DNA of 64,000 bases from Eledone cirrhosa (Eukaryota), in NCBI GenBank assembly GCA_964016885.1, contig OZ024742.1, forward strand, positions 45,260,001 to 45,324,000, given 5' to 3'. Numbering within the stretch: position 1 is the first letter of the stretch; each line of letters begins with the position of its first letter. Below the pieces are notes generated by a model. The model saw only the letters and a program-made list of their open reading frames with translations. It did not search any database and was not told the origin of the DNA. The translations under genes were made by a program, and so were the position numbers. Below, piece after piece: positions 12,214 to 26,480 of the stretch.

Positions 12214-12844
12214 ATGTGTATGTATGATTGTCTGTATGTATGTATGAGTGTATGTATGCATTATGTATGTGTACATGAATGTATATATGTATGTATGTAA
12301 TATGTAAGAGTGTATGTGTATGCATGTATATATGTATGTATGTGTATGTATGAATGTATGTGTGTATGTATGTATTATGTATGTATGTGTGCATGAATGT
12401 ATTTGTGTTGTATGTATGTATTTATGTATGTATGTATATATATATATGTATGTATGTATTATGTATGAATGTATGTGTATATAAGTATATATGTATGTAT
12501 CTATGTATTATGTATGTATGTATGTATGTATGTATGTATGTATGTATGTATGTATGTATGTATGTATGTATGTATGCATCTATATATATATATAAATATA
12601 AATACACACACACACACGCGCTTACATACATACCCGCATATATAAATGTGTGTGTGTTATGTGTGTGTGTGTGAACATGAATGTGCTGTTGTTATTGTTG
12701 TTGATAGTGTTTGTAGTGTCAATGTGGCCATGTCTTAAATGTCAACTGTCAACACAGTAACGGTGTTATCGCCTCTCTACTCTCCCGCTAGGCAAAACAC
12801 AATCAAACTCAATGTCTTTTCACAGCTCAATTTAAAACAGTGCA

Positions 12845-12887
<43 letters not shown>

Positions 12888-13367
12888 GTCGTCGTCGTCG
12901 TCTTCTTCTCCTCCTTCTTTTTCTTCTTCTTTTTCTTCTTCTTCTTCTTCTCCTCCTCCTCCTCCTCCTCCTCCTCCTTCTTCTTCTTTTTCTTCTTTTT
13001 CTTTTTCTTTTTCTTCTTCTTCGTCTTCGTCTTCTTCTTCTTCTCCTCCTTCTTCTCCTCCTCCTCCTTCTTCTTCTTCTTCTTCTTCTTCTTCTTCTTC
13101 GTCTTCTTCTTCTCCTTCTCATCTTCTTCTTCGTCTTCGTCTTCTTCTTTTTCTCCTTCTTCTTCTTCTTCTTCTTCTTCTTCTTCTTCGTCTTCTTCTT
13201 CTTCTCCTCATCTTCTTCTTCGTCTTCGTCTTCGTCTTCTTCTTTTTCTCCTTCTTCGTCTTCGTCTTCTTTTTCTCCTTCTTGTTCTTCTTCTTCTTCG
13301 TCTTTGTCTTCTTCTTTTTCTTTTTTTTCTTCTTCTTCTTTTTCTTCTTCTTCTTCTTTTTCTTCTT
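12845..13367. repeat. (ACT)n/(TCG)n/(TTC/TCC)n low-complexity tract
   Basis: Directly visible. Confidence 0.95.
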
Positions 13368-13535
13368 CTGGACGCAGCCGTCTTTCCATCTCGTACTGCC
13401 GAGCTCCTCCACAAGATCGGAGCGTCGGCGACCCGTCAGAGGCTGGGTGACTATTGCAGCGGGTGCCACTGGCCATCGTCCGCGGGAATGCTTTTGCGGT
13501 CTTATCCGCGGAGCGCAGCACTTCTGCCCTGGGGA
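13368..13535 (+). mobile_element. CRE-type LINE C-terminal fragment
   Basis: GC-rich. Encodes TAELLHKIG and QRVPLAIVRGNAFAVLSA, homologous to QRVYLAVLRGNAFSILSA at 28186-28386. Confidence 0.7.
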
Positions 13536-13999
13536 TCTGAGTTCAAATCCCGCCGAGGTTAACTTTGCCATTCATCCTTATGCGGTCGATAAAATAAAGT
13601 ACCAGTCATGCACTGGGTCGATTTAATCGACTTCCCTCTCCCCAAAAATTGCTGGCCTTGTGCCTATATAAGAAACCATTATTATCATTATTATTGGTTA
13701 ACTTTGCCTTTCATCCTTACGGGGTCGATAAAATAAAGTACCAGTAACGTACTGAGGTAGATTTAATCGACTTTCTCCTTCCCCCAAATTACTGACCTTG
13801 TGCATATACTAGGGTGGATTGGCAGTATCGGTAGAGGGTCAGACGCCATGCTTTCCAGCATAGTTACGTCCCTTAACGATCTGAGTTCAAATCCCGCCGA
13901 GGTTGACTTTGCCTTTCATCCTTACGGGGTCGATAAAATAAAGTACCAGTAATGCACTGGGTAATTGCTGGCCTTGTGCCTAAAGTAGAAACAATTATT
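13536..13999 (+). mobile_element. Three tandem Nin-domain SINE copies
   Basis: Nin cores at about 13560-13607, 13697-13746 and 13902-13950. Confidence 0.85.
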
Positions 14000-14053
14000 G
14001 CTACTGTAAATAATATAATGTCTATACAGTTTTTCAGCGAAAGAAGGGAGAGA

Positions 14054-14096
14054 AGCTGACAGTCTTCTTTCACGTTGGTTGGCGTTCATCAGAGCC
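14054..14096 (-). ncRNA. Hammerhead ribozyme, stem III degenerate
   Basis: Minus strand: ggct-CTGATGA-acg(ccaaccaa)cgt-GAAA-gaagact-GTC-agct. Confidence 0.55.
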
Positions 14097-14393
14097 AGGC
14101 ACTCCCCTGCTTCCACCGAAAATTATAGAAGCTGGATTCTTATAGAATTCCAGTAATAATCAGGGGCTGATTATACAGAGCGATTGCCGGTCTAGCAAAA
14201 ATTAGGTATTAGGATTGGTGCTCTGAAATAGTGATGTATACATGAATGTATATATAGTATATTTGGCAATATACCGTATGTTTAATTAAAAACATTTTGA
14301 AGACCATACACTATCGGTTTTAAAGTAGTGACTATGTCACTTACTTCTTGAAAAGAAGTGACATAGTCAGTATATATATATATATATCGTCAC

Positions 14394-14494
<101 letters not shown>

Positions 14495-14976
14495 ATGTAT
14501 ATGCGTGTGTACATATGTGTATATATGCGTGGGGACATAGAAATAATCGGGCTGGATACTCGATCCCTCAGTTAAACCACTGGGAGTGAGACTTAGTCAT
14601 GTGGGCTTTTTTTTTAACTATCATATAATAGACATCACACCGCTCAGCCTGTTTTCCCCTATTATCCCGTCTTACATTTTCTGTCCTTCTATGTCCACAC
14701 ATTGGACAACAGTCCTTATTCTCTTCTGTTTTACTATTTCTCTCCTTTCTTTATTTTTCTCCTTTGGCTAAGCCATTGTGCACTCTATATTTGTGTAATT
14801 TCCCTAAAGGTATAACTTGTCTCTATCTGTTTGTTATGTCCCAATGTGCACTGGAATGAATGGTATGGACCTTAATGCACTGCAACCGAAACCGTAGTGA
14901 TTTCAAGAGGTTGACTGACGAGATTGAACTGTCTGTCTTTTCGTTGTTTTTTCCATTGTCTTTGTCCTGTGCGGTC

Positions 14977-15095
<119 letters not shown>

Positions 15096-15300
15096 TATGT
15101 ATACGTACATACATATATGTATACAGACGTACAGTAGTATGTATATATATATACATACATGCACACATATATATATATGTACGTATGGATTCACCGAACA
15201 TTTATTATAATGCTCGGTGTGTTTGTAAACAAACATCCCGAATTAAGCCGTAGAGTGTCTAGCAACCATCGTTGCTCATTTGTTCAACACTGACAAAGGA

Positions 15301-15343
15301 ACGCTGTACTAGTTTCAAGCTTATTAGCTATCGTCAGCAACGT
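15301..15343 (-). ncRNA. Minimal type I hammerhead ribozyme
   Basis: Minus strand: acgttg-CTGACGA-t-agct(aata)agct-t-GAAAC-ta-GTA-cagcgt. Stem III is the palindrome ACTAGT. Confidence 0.85.
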
Positions 15344-15448
15344 ATACCTTCCTGCCAGATGGTTGAACGTCTGAAAGTAACAGCCGTACTAAGAGTGAGA
15401 AATGAAATTTCGTTTCATTTTTTCCGTTTATATATATATATATATATA

Positions 15449-15528
<80 letters not shown>

Positions 15529-15764
15529 TATATATATATATATATATATAATAAATAGTCGGGGCCCGACGGCTGAGGTCTTGCCATTTCAACAGCTAGT
15601 TCCGCACTATGTATATATAAATGAGTGTGTGTGTGTGTGTGTATCGGTCTACATACATACACACACACATGTATGTGTGTATGTATGAATGTGTGTATGT
15701 ATGAATGTATGTATGTTTGCATGCATGTATACATATAAGTATGTATACATATAAAAGTATGTAT

Positions 15765-16390
15765 ATGTTTTTCTGGTTTTATAATTTCACAATTTGTTGC
15801 CAATAGAAAGAGACTCGGTTTCTAACATAGACACCAGACTCTCTCATTGAAATTTACATAACATCAATTAGATAGATATTTATGTATGGCTGCATGCATG
15901 CATGTGTAGATATGGATGGTATTGTATGTGTGGATGTGGATGTTTTGAGTTGTATGTGTGCATGTGTATATGCTTAGTATCATGTGTATATGTATATGCA
16001 GTTATTAGATGCAAAATTTTTGGAAATCATTATTAAGTTCGCAACTCCAAGAGAAATGCGATTTATAATTTCGGTTTCTTCTGTAGCTACAATTGAATAA
16101 ATTTTATTTACCTTTCTTGTTTTTGTTCGGTACTCCACTGATGTTGTTGTTGTTGATGTCGTGTTCAGCCATGCTGTTTGTAGCAAATCCTTGTAAAATG
16201 AATTATATATTTAGTCGGATATCTCTACGAATTCGAATAAAAGGTGTCTTCAGTAGATATAGTTAGAAGAATATCCAGTTATTCAACATGACTGGTAGTT
16301 GTGGCATTACTGTCGGGGATAGTATTCATCTTAAATTTAATGAATAGTCTCCCACACCAAAATATGCGACTGACGCGTTGACTGCTATAT
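15765..16390 (-). mobile_element. Dong/R4-type 3' UTR copy with unassigned upstream segment
   Basis: 15765-16007 is homologous to 19005-19231. The rest is not recognisable as coding. Confidence 0.6.
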
Positions 16391-16407
16391 GTATATCTGT
16401 ATGTATG

Positions 16408-18460
16408 TGTAGCAGGAGTGGCCTCCCTTGTTGTGACACTCACATCCCCAATAGATTAACGCTCTCTAGACAGGAAGTAGAACCCTTTCTGTAACTTCCG
16501 GTCAGAACCCTATAAAACTAACAACTTTAAGTTCTCTCTCTCTCATTTGCCTTTTCGGCTCCTGGCCTTTGCCAGGCGTCTTCGCCCAGGCGCGTCTTTT
16601 GCCAGGCGCGTTCGCCTGGCAACCAAAACGGTAACTAATAACTTTGCTTCATTCTTTCATCTATTCATTGACATGTCAACCTTACTGTTCTATATATCCA
16701 CAAATTGTTAATTAAATATTATACACACAAATCACGTCTCATGTTATATTCATACACACCAGTATTTTGTTATAAGTGGTGACCCCGAAAAAAGAAAAAA
16801 ATAGCAGAATCTGGTGTGTGTGAGTAACATTACGAATACGCAGCAAAATTTTATTGACAAACTATGAAAATACGCAGTCAAAGACACGAACACACGTACA
16901 TGTGAAATTCTCATTCAGACAGACTCTTTTTCCTCACGCATCCACTAACTGTCGCAGTTCACTGTATATATATATATGTTTCTCATTTCTTACAACGAAC
17001 ACTTTAAAAACAAACAAAAAAAAATAGAAATTTGATTTTTTTTTTTTTTAAACATTTCAACAGGAACATTTATTTTCGATGAATCTCAACCATTACCTTT
17101 TTTTTCATCGTTTTCTTCATCGTTCAAGTTTTTTTCAAAGTTCACACCAAAAAAAAAAATTGAACTCGCCATATTTGTTATACTAAGTGAAGCCTTTCTT
17201 TCTTTTTCATCATTGTCACTTTCACACACACATTTTTTCAAAATGGCTGCCAACGACCTGTTGCACTATCATTTTCTCGCTCAATAGAAATATTTTTTTC
17301 TTTCAACTTAACCTTGTATTGGCACGTGTAGGCTGCACAATTCTCGATTCACTGAGATAGCCGGACGCCATGAGATAACGTTTCTCGCCAAGGATTCTCC
17401 AGCCTTAAGCTATATTCTCCTATTTGCCGGTTTAAAAATTTACCACGTAAATTTGCCGTTGAAAACTGCGCATTTATTCAGAATGCTTATTTCTTTGGTC
17501 GCTGGCCTCTTGACCCTTCCAGGTCAGCGCATTCTCAACATCGACCATCAACTTCGGCTGTTATTTCTAGCACTTTGCGCAACTCATTTTTTCTGAAAAA
17601 ATTATTTTACTGTGAATTTAAACATCGAGTACGCTCACTCCGCGAGACAACAACATCAACAGCAACACAGATTCATCAACAACCAAAACCAGCAGAACAA
17701 GCCAGAGAATTTATTTTTGCAGCACTCTTCCTGTGATAAAATCCATTCGGAGGTTGGAAATTTCACGTTACACCACCTGCATTCATTCTATGGAACACAC
17801 TTTCTTTCCTGCTGTCGTGTGATTGCACACCTGTGAACAATATTTTGAACATTTGAACTTTGAGCTCTTCTTTTACTTTATTACATTGTATCTTTTAGTG
17901 ATGGATAGATAGATGTCCAGTCGTTCTCTGGCCAAGAGCGGTTGACTACCTTGATATCTATCATTGATTTTTGCAAACATTATTATTTTTTTTTTTTTTT
18001 CGTAATTTTCATGCCTGTTACAACATTCTCGCCAACTTACTACATACATATTTCATTCGATTTTATATTTTAAAAATCTGGCGCGGGATAATGTAGCAGG
18101 AGTGGCCTCCCTTGTTGTGACACTCACATCCCCAATAGATTAACGCTCTCTAGACAGGAAGTAGAACCCTTTCTGTAACTTCCGGTCAGAACCCTATAAA
18201 ACTAACAACTTTAAGTTCTCTCTCTCTCATTTGCCTTTTCGGCTCCTGGCCTTTGCCAGGCGTCTTCGCCCAGGCGCGTCTTTTGCCAGGCGCGTTCGCC
18301 TGGCAACCAAAACGGTAACTAATAACTTTGCTTCATTCTTTCATCTATTCATTGACATGTCAACCTTACTGTTCTATATATCCACAAATTGTTAATTAAA
18401 TATTATACACACAAATCACGTCTCATGTTATATTCATACACATCAGTATTTTGTGAAATA
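16408..18460 (+). mobile_element. Non-autonomous LTR retrotransposon, copy 1 (tRNA-Trp PBS)
   Basis: Near-identical direct repeats 16408-16774 and 18092-~18458. PBS TGGTGACCCCGA at 16777-16788, purine tract before 18092, non-coding interior of about 1.3 kb. Confidence 0.9.
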
Positions 18461-18604
18461 TATATGTAAGTATGTATGTATGTATGTTTGCATGCATGTA
18501 TCCATATAAGTATGTATACATATAAGTATTATGTATGTATGTATGTATGTATGTATGTATGTATGTATGTATGTATGTATGTATGTATGTATGTATGTAT
18601 GTAT

Positions 18605-18993
18605 GACCCCTTAGCCTTTGTCAAGGCAGAATTCTAGGAGAAGGAAAACTCTGATATAACACCTGCAGCCCTGATGGTATCCAATGATGTTGACTTGTTA
18701 TTCTTTTTGGTAAATATCATCTTGGTTAAGAGAGTGGGACTGGCTTTGCTCACTATAAAAGCTTCACGGCACAGGCATTGCTTTATATCTGGATATCTCT
18801 CTGCACTTGTCGTTACATGGTGCCATGGGCCCAGCACTATGTGTCAATGATTGTCACAAGTGTAGTGTCTGTACCAGAGTTTTCAAGTCGCTGGCTGGAC
18901 TAAAAAGTCACACTCGTTCAGCGCATCAGTAGGGGTTCTCCTACATGGATATAAAGTAGTGGCCGTACTCGAAAACGAGTTGGCAGCCACCAT
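18605..18993 (+). mobile_element. Bipartite RTE-derived non-autonomous element (family A), 5' truncated
   Basis: 5'UTR-like part joined to [22 protein letters not shown] and a 3' end with (ATGT)n tail. Homologous to 24281-24735 and 24921-25485. Confidence 0.75.
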
Positions 18994-19004
18994 GTATGTA
19001 TGTA

Positions 19005-21998
19005 TGTTTTTCTGGTTTTATAATTTCACAAATTTTTACCAATAGAGAGTCGGTTTCTAACATAGACACAAGACTCTCATTGGAATTTACACAACATCAA
19101 CTAGGTAGATATGTATGTATGCATGCATGTGTAGATATGGATGTTATTGTATGTGTGGATGTGTATGTTTTGAGTTGTATGTGTGCATGTGTATATGCTT
19201 TGTATCTGTACATGTGTATATGCAGTTATTAAAATTTTTGAATGTTTTACATATTTTTACTGTTCCATTAATGGATTGTACTTGTAATTTCCTAACTAGT
19301 TGTGTTCTTTCTGTTCCTGTGAAGCCTAGCTTCTCAAGATTTGTATTGAGGCAGTTACTAACATACCCCAGTGCCCCAATAATCACAGGCATAAATCTGA
19401 AGGTGTAATCAGGGTGGAGTATCTGCAGATTTCTCATCAGTTCTGCATAAATATTCTCCTTTTCTCTAATCTTTGATATTATATTGGCATCTGCTGGGCA
19501 GCTAATTTCCACTACTGTGCATGCTTTCTTCTACCTGTCCCATATCATAATATCTGGTCTGTTATGCCTGCATTTTATTGGGGTTTTTACTGGAACATTC
19601 CACCAGTACTCTTTCATATTAAGTACATGGATGTCTTCCACATTGCTGTAGCTTTTAATGTGTTTATTATCGGGGTTATCTTTTTTACGAACTGCATTGT
19701 ACAGTGTTTTGGCCACTACATCATGCCTCATAGGTAGATAGTACCTCGATGACATCTTTGGAAAGCTGCTGATGACATGGGTGATATCCTCGATGTTAGT
19801 TCTGCAGAGTCTGCACTTGTTATCACATCTAGGTGTTTTGCCTGCATCCCTATCTCTTTTGTGAATCAGGTATTTCGTGTTAATCTCCTGTTCTTGGGTT
19901 GCAAAAGTGTATCCTTCAAAGTGGGAGCCAATATAGCGGTTGTTAGTCCAAGATAGAATACTTTCCTTATCTATATTACTCTCACTCTGGAGCTTCCTGG
20001 CAACATATCCATGCATGATATTTTGCTGATAGGCATGCAGTTTTTCATCCATGGATTCACTGCGATACTGGTGAGCGACTTCCCTGGGTGTGAGTTTTTG
20101 ATTATCATACAGGGAATATCTCTCGAGGAGTTCCTTCCCAACTCTCATGATCTTATCTGTTTCATGCAGATAGACTTGCTCGAGAAGCGGGCTCCTACAC
20201 TTCGAGGTTCGTAGATGTTGTCGGAGAGATATGATGCGACATTCAAATGTTGTCTGGACTGATGTTTGGCCTCTGCCTCCCTGCTTACGTTTCAAGTAAA
20301 GGCGATCTATGTCACTGTTGATGTGGAAGTTTCCGGTGTTGTTCAGTATTTTACGAGTTCCAACATCAACTGCTCGGATTTCGTCTATCGTCCAATTGAG
20401 TATTCCAAACGTTGGTGTTAGGACAGGCACAGCAAACACATTGTGAGCCACTGTTTTGTTTTGCGCAGAGAATTCCGATGACCAGATCTTTCTTAATCGG
20501 GTGTAGTATTCCCTGGTTACGCGTTCTTTATTACAGATACCATTATAGTATATGTTCTCATCTATCCCCAGGTATCTGTAGCAGTCCTCATCAGATATCG
20601 GTGAACAGTTAGGCCATTGATGACAATGTTGCTAGATTGGGTTGTTGTTTTTCCCCGCTTTACAGTCATGTATGAGCATTTATCTTGGCCCAGCTCCATT
20701 CCTATATCCTCTGAGAACGTTGTAACCAAGTCAAGATTTTTCTTCATCCCATCCATGTTCTTGGCATAGAGTTTCAGAATGTCCACAAAGAAATTATGGG
20801 TTAGGTTCGTATTTCTGTCCTCCTGTGAGCCAATGATGTATCCCTCACATTTCTTTAGCAGAAAGAACAATGGTTTAATGACAAGATGAATAATATCACA
20901 GAGAGACTGTTCCCTCTGAAATATATCCCTGCAATATTTTATTTTATCAGTGAAAATAGAGTCCTCCCTCTCTGTCTTTAACCTGAGGATAGTAGCCCAA
21001 GAAGATGACAGCCTCTCTGTGGCTCTGACAATAATGTCTGGGACTTTAGCAAGTTGGAGGGCCTCTATCATCCAAGAGTGGGGAACAGAATCGAAAGCTT
21101 TCCTGTAGTCCAGCCAGACTATAGCCATATTCCTCCTAAGTTGTCGCACCTCCGACATCGCAGTTTTTTTTTATTAGGAGTTGTTCAGCACGTCCCCAAA
21201 CCCCTTTCTTTCCAGCTGCTTGTTCATCTGTGATGATGTTATTATTTTCCCAGTGATCTTGGAGGAATAGGTTCAGGCAGGCTGTATACATCTTATACAT
21301 CAGGTTCTGACATGCAATGGGTCGGTAGTTTTTTGCCAAGTGGGTGTCTTTGTTCTTGGGGACCAGTAATGTTTGTGCTAATGTCAACCATTCTGGTATA
21401 AGTGTATCTCCCTTAAGAACTTGTTGGTAGAGGTCAGTAAGACACCTCCGATAGAATATCAGTTTTTTGTACCAGTAGCCGACAATTATGTCTCTTCCTG
21501 GTGTTTTCTTATCTTGGAGTTTTCCTATCACAGTCTCAAGGGTACCCTCACTTATTTCGTATGTTTTTGTTGTAGTGTAGGAGCAATAGTTCTGTTGGAT
21601 TTCTTTTACCCACACTGCATCTTGGTTGAAATTCTTCTTTTCACCCCATATTTTGCTCCAAAAGGAATCTATGTCCTTCTGGGATGGGGCCTCAGTGACA
21701 CTTATTATTTTGTTCTTCATATCTCTATAGACTGATGTTTGATTTCGTCTGAATCTTTTATTAAGCACTTTTCTCTCATCTACCTTCTTCAGGTATCGGC
21801 GTTTTTCGCTAACAGCTCTCAATTCTTGTTTGAGGGTGATCAGATTATATTGAAGAGTTCTGGTTCTACTGTTACCAAACATCGTCTCTATTTTATTTTT
21901 CACTTTGTTGGTGAGGAGTGACGTTTTTTTGTGTTTGTTTGTATGTAAGGAGCATTGTCACATATCCTATGGTTTTTCGTAGGTCAGCAATCTGTTTT
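19005..21998 (-). mobile_element. R4/Dong-clade non-LTR retrotransposon (RT + CCHC + restriction-like endonuclease), frameshifted
   Basis: NYRPIAC, WLDYRKAFDSVPH, HNFFVD(I), CRLC...H...RHD, NRPDIMIWD..VEISCP...KENIY and PVIIGALG across four ORFs. Flanked by (TATG)n on both sides. Confidence 0.85.
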
Positions 21999-22045
21999 TA
22001 TGTATGTATGTATGTATGTATGTATGTATGTATGTATGTATGTAT

Positions 22046-22114
22046 GTATGTATGTATGTATGTATGACAAAAGGTGGAAGAACTCATAAGAGTCAATGGT
22101 CATCCAAAAATGTG

Positions 22115-22170
<56 letters not shown>

Positions 22171-22682
22171 TATGATTAAGTATATATGTAGATGCATGTG
22201 TGCACGTGTATGTATATGCGCGGGGACATAGAAATAGCCGGGCTGGACACCCGATCGCGTAGTTAAACCACTGGGAGTGAAGGACCCCTAGCCTTTGTCA
22301 GGGCATTCTTCTAGGAGAAGGCAACTCAGGAAACTGGGATAATTCCGATATAAAACCTGCGGCTCAGTAGTTACCGATGATATTGATCTTTTCTTCTTTT
22401 CGGGTTATAGCTACTGTCGCTCAGAGAGTGGGATTGGCTCAGAGCACAGTTTTTCCTCACTTTAAAAAATATCTTCACGCAGAGGCATTGCACAATAGAT
22501 ATATATTCTCGCCTGTCTTCTAGTCCAGCAGTCGCAAGCGGTGGGAGAGACCGTCATGACGAAGGCCAGTTAAGCCTGAAATGCATAGACAGTTGTCCCC
22601 CTTGCTCCTGCTAGACATCACCATTAATAATGGTATATCGTGCAATGACCATACTCGATAACGAGGGGGCATCCATCATCAT
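22046..22682 (+). mobile_element. Bipartite RTE-derived non-autonomous element (family B)
   Basis: Inverse homology to 9391-9770. (TATG)n before and (ATGT)n tail after. Confidence 0.7.
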
Positions 22683-22699
22683 GTATGTATGTATGTAGA

Positions 22700-22830
22700 A
22701 CGAACTTCCACACAGTTACCGTCTACCAAATTTCACTCACAAAGCATTGGTCAACCGGAAACTTGCCAATGTGGGAGCGAACCTGATACCTCATGTTTGC
22801 TGGTGAACTTCTTAACCACACATACCTGCG
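22700..22830 (-). mobile_element. tRNA-derived SINE fragment (different family)
   Basis: Minus strand gtggttaagaagtt...ggttcgctccc...tgtgagtgaaatttggtagacgg. Confidence 0.55.
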
Positions 22831-23350
22831 ACTATATTAGTTATTAAACTCTATCTGTTAGATAACTTTTATCCTTATTTACACATGAACACGTATGTAT
22901 GTGTTCGTTTAATGTATGCGTGCCTTTGTGTATGTGTGTAGGTATGTGAATATGTGTATGTATGCATGTATGTGTGTGTGTATATAGATGTGTCTGCATG
23001 TGTGTATGTGTGTGTGTGTGTGTGTGTGTGCATATGCGCATGTTTCTTTATTCATGCATGTGTGTGTACGTACCTATATATACAGAGATAGGCTGGTGTG
23101 AATAAATTTGCGAAACGGAATATTCCACACTTACGTCTATTTTAGACTGTATATATCAACTTAAACACACATGTGCGTACATACGCCTTGTCATAAGTAG
23201 CGAGAATTATCTCCCTTGCGTCATGATAATTTTTTATTTTCAAAAGGCTCGGTTATATACTGTAGTTTCTGTACAGTTAGATATTTATATTTAAAACACT
23301 TGCGCACACACGCACATATGCACACACACACGCGCGCACGCACACACACA

Positions 23351-23530
<180 letters not shown>

Positions 23531-23637
23531 ACTGTATATATAACTGTAGTATAATAATTAGTATACTTCATTCTGGCTAAATTTTCTTTTGCAATATAAA
23601 TACAGATGTGTTGGTATCTGTGTTTCATCATATATAT

Positions 23638-23684
<47 letters not shown>

Positions 23685-23784
23685 AACACACATATATACA
23701 CATATACACATGAATATATATACATATACATATATATCTCGCTGAATCTTTATTTGTATTCATATACATATATATATATATCAT

Positions 23785-23905
23785 AATAATCATCCTTTTC
23801 GTCCTCGTTGGATCGACATATTCCAACACAGCTTTCCTATACTCATTGCATTCCTTCATCATCTCCTTTGTGATCATGTCGAGATCAGTTCTTGCCACTT
23901 CTGCC
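23785..23905 (-). mobile_element. RTE LINE 3' end fragment
   Basis: WAEVARTDLDMITKEMMKECNEYRKAVL followed by a short ATG/ATT tail. Confidence 0.5.
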
Positions 23906-24177
23906 CAAACAGAGAAATGTGGACAGGATCGCCTGCGGAAATCGAATCACGTCACAATGGCGGAAACATCCTACCACTCCTTTCCATTAATCTAAAGCAT
24001 GTAGACGGTTAGAATATAGATTATGGAGTTATTTCTCTTGCTCGTGGTTCTTGTTATTCTTATCAATAAAAGAAATATCCTTCCCTCTCAATCACACTCC
24101 TCTCCCGCTCACCCCCCCCCCTCTCTCTCTCTCCCTCTCTCTCTCTTTATATATATATATATATATATACATACATA

Positions 24178-24735
<558 letters not shown>

Positions 24736-24920
24736 TATATATACATACATATATATATACATACATACACATACACATATACGTACATACTCACATACAT
24801 ACATACATATATACGTACATACATATATACATGCACACATACATACATACATACATACACACATACGCACATACATACATACATACATACATACATACAT
24901 ACACACATGTACATACATAC

Positions 24921-25485
24921 ATGGTGGTGGCTGCCAACTCGTTTTCGAGTACGGCCACCACTTTACATCCATGTAGGAGAGAACCCCTACCGATGCACTC
25001 TGGTACAAACACTACACTTGTGACAATTATTGTCACAGTGCTGGGCCCATGGTACCATGTGACAACAAGTGCAGAGAGATCTCCAGATATAAAGCAATAC
25101 CTGTGCCGTGAAGCTTTTATAGTGAGCAAAGGCACTGCACAAAACCAGTCCCACTCTCTTAACCAAGATGATATTTACCAAAAAGAAGAACAAGTCAACA
25201 TCATTGGATACCATCAGGGTTGCAGGTGTTATATCAGAGTTTTCCTTCTCCTAGAATTCTGCCCTGACAAAGGCTAAGGGGTCATCTCTCCCGGTGATTT
25301 TGGATGGCAATTGGCTCTTAAGAGCTCCTTTGACAGGTTTTGTTTTTAGTCCTGCAGGATGTCCAAAGTCACCCTCCTCACCAAGAAACCTTGGTGGGGT
25401 TGCCAGTTTAGTCGCCAACGACCCGACCATGGGACAGGTTGTACTGGGATACATGTTACCAGTAGCACCAACTGGTGACCTGACA
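24921..25485 (-). mobile_element. RTE-derived non-autonomous element (family A), longest copy
   Basis: Includes the 5' terminal part shared with family B (9800-9920). Short internal deletion near 24997. Confidence 0.75.
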
Positions 25486-25518
25486 TATATATATATATAT
25501 ATATATATACATACATAC

Positions 25519-25613
<95 letters not shown>

Positions 25614-25757
25614 TGTACATCAATACTCATCTTTTTCCATTTATCTGAGGGTTCTAAACCCCATTATCAGACTAAAATTTCTTTAGTCAAAAATACGGTG
25701 AAAGCTATTCTATTTCTAATTTCAAACCTGCTCACTGTTTCAAAACATACTTACTTG

Positions 25758-25809
<52 letters not shown>

Positions 25810-25949
25810 ATAATAAATTTGAAGACTAAAATCTAAAGAGGGCTCGATAAGGATAAATATATATCAAATATATAAGAACCGTAGAGCAAATATTTATTAA
25901 AATAACAGATTAAAGTTTAAGCAAAGAATTGCTGCTTTCACTCTTAACG

Positions 25950-26480
25950 GGATCTTCTGAAACTAACAAAGTCAATCTGTAAACGCAGAAGTGGATATTT
26001 CAAAGAACGTTGCAACCGCAGGAAGACAGGAAGACGATACTTTGTTTCGTGGAAACGTTCCCTGGCAAAGAACGGGAAAAAAACGAATATAATACGTCAT
26101 TAATAGGAGCGGTGAAAAGCAATTACACGCAAAGACAGAACCACGTTTATGGTATAAAAGAAGTCGTAGACTAATGTTCTTTTGGGTAGTTCATAGAAAC
26201 GTTCTCTGGCAATGAACGGAAAAAACGAAGATAATACGTCATATGTGGGGCGTGGAGAACAATTGCACGCAGACAAAACCACGTAAATGGTATAGCTGAA
26301 GTCGTAGACTAAAATTCTAACTAGGAAACCGAATGATTCTCCGCTTCAGAGTTAAGAATAAAGTAAATAAAATACAATACAGAGGTAATTGAAATTAAAT
26401 AAATACATACACGCATCCAAATACGTACATACACAAGCATACGCGAAAACACTCGCCATGGGTATACCACGCACATATAA
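25950..26480. repeat. Dispersed repeat homologous to the Helitron interior
   Basis: Inverse homology to about 30890-31350, with an internal tandem duplication of about 139 bp. Confidence 0.6.

Larger units (their letters stand above)
11183..12575. repeat. (GTTT)n/(TATG)n/(TG)n compound microsatellite field
   Basis: Directly visible. Contains small retroelement ends. Confidence 0.95.

Noticed and set aside
12739-13626. Ser/Phe/Arg/Lys homopolymer ORFs
   Set aside because: Translations of a pyrimidine-rich microsatellite running into CRE and SINE fragments.
14328-14369. 14-bp-arm hairpin tgactatgtcactt/aagtgacatagtca as a terminator
   Set aside because: The context is eukaryotic and (TA)n-flanked. 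It is probably another small fold-back end but too short to assign.
17612-17836. Gln-rich small ORF shared by both LTR element copies (also 40603-40830)
   Set aside because: It has a non-ATG start and the frames diverge in the C-terminal part. Sharing is explained by repeat homology.
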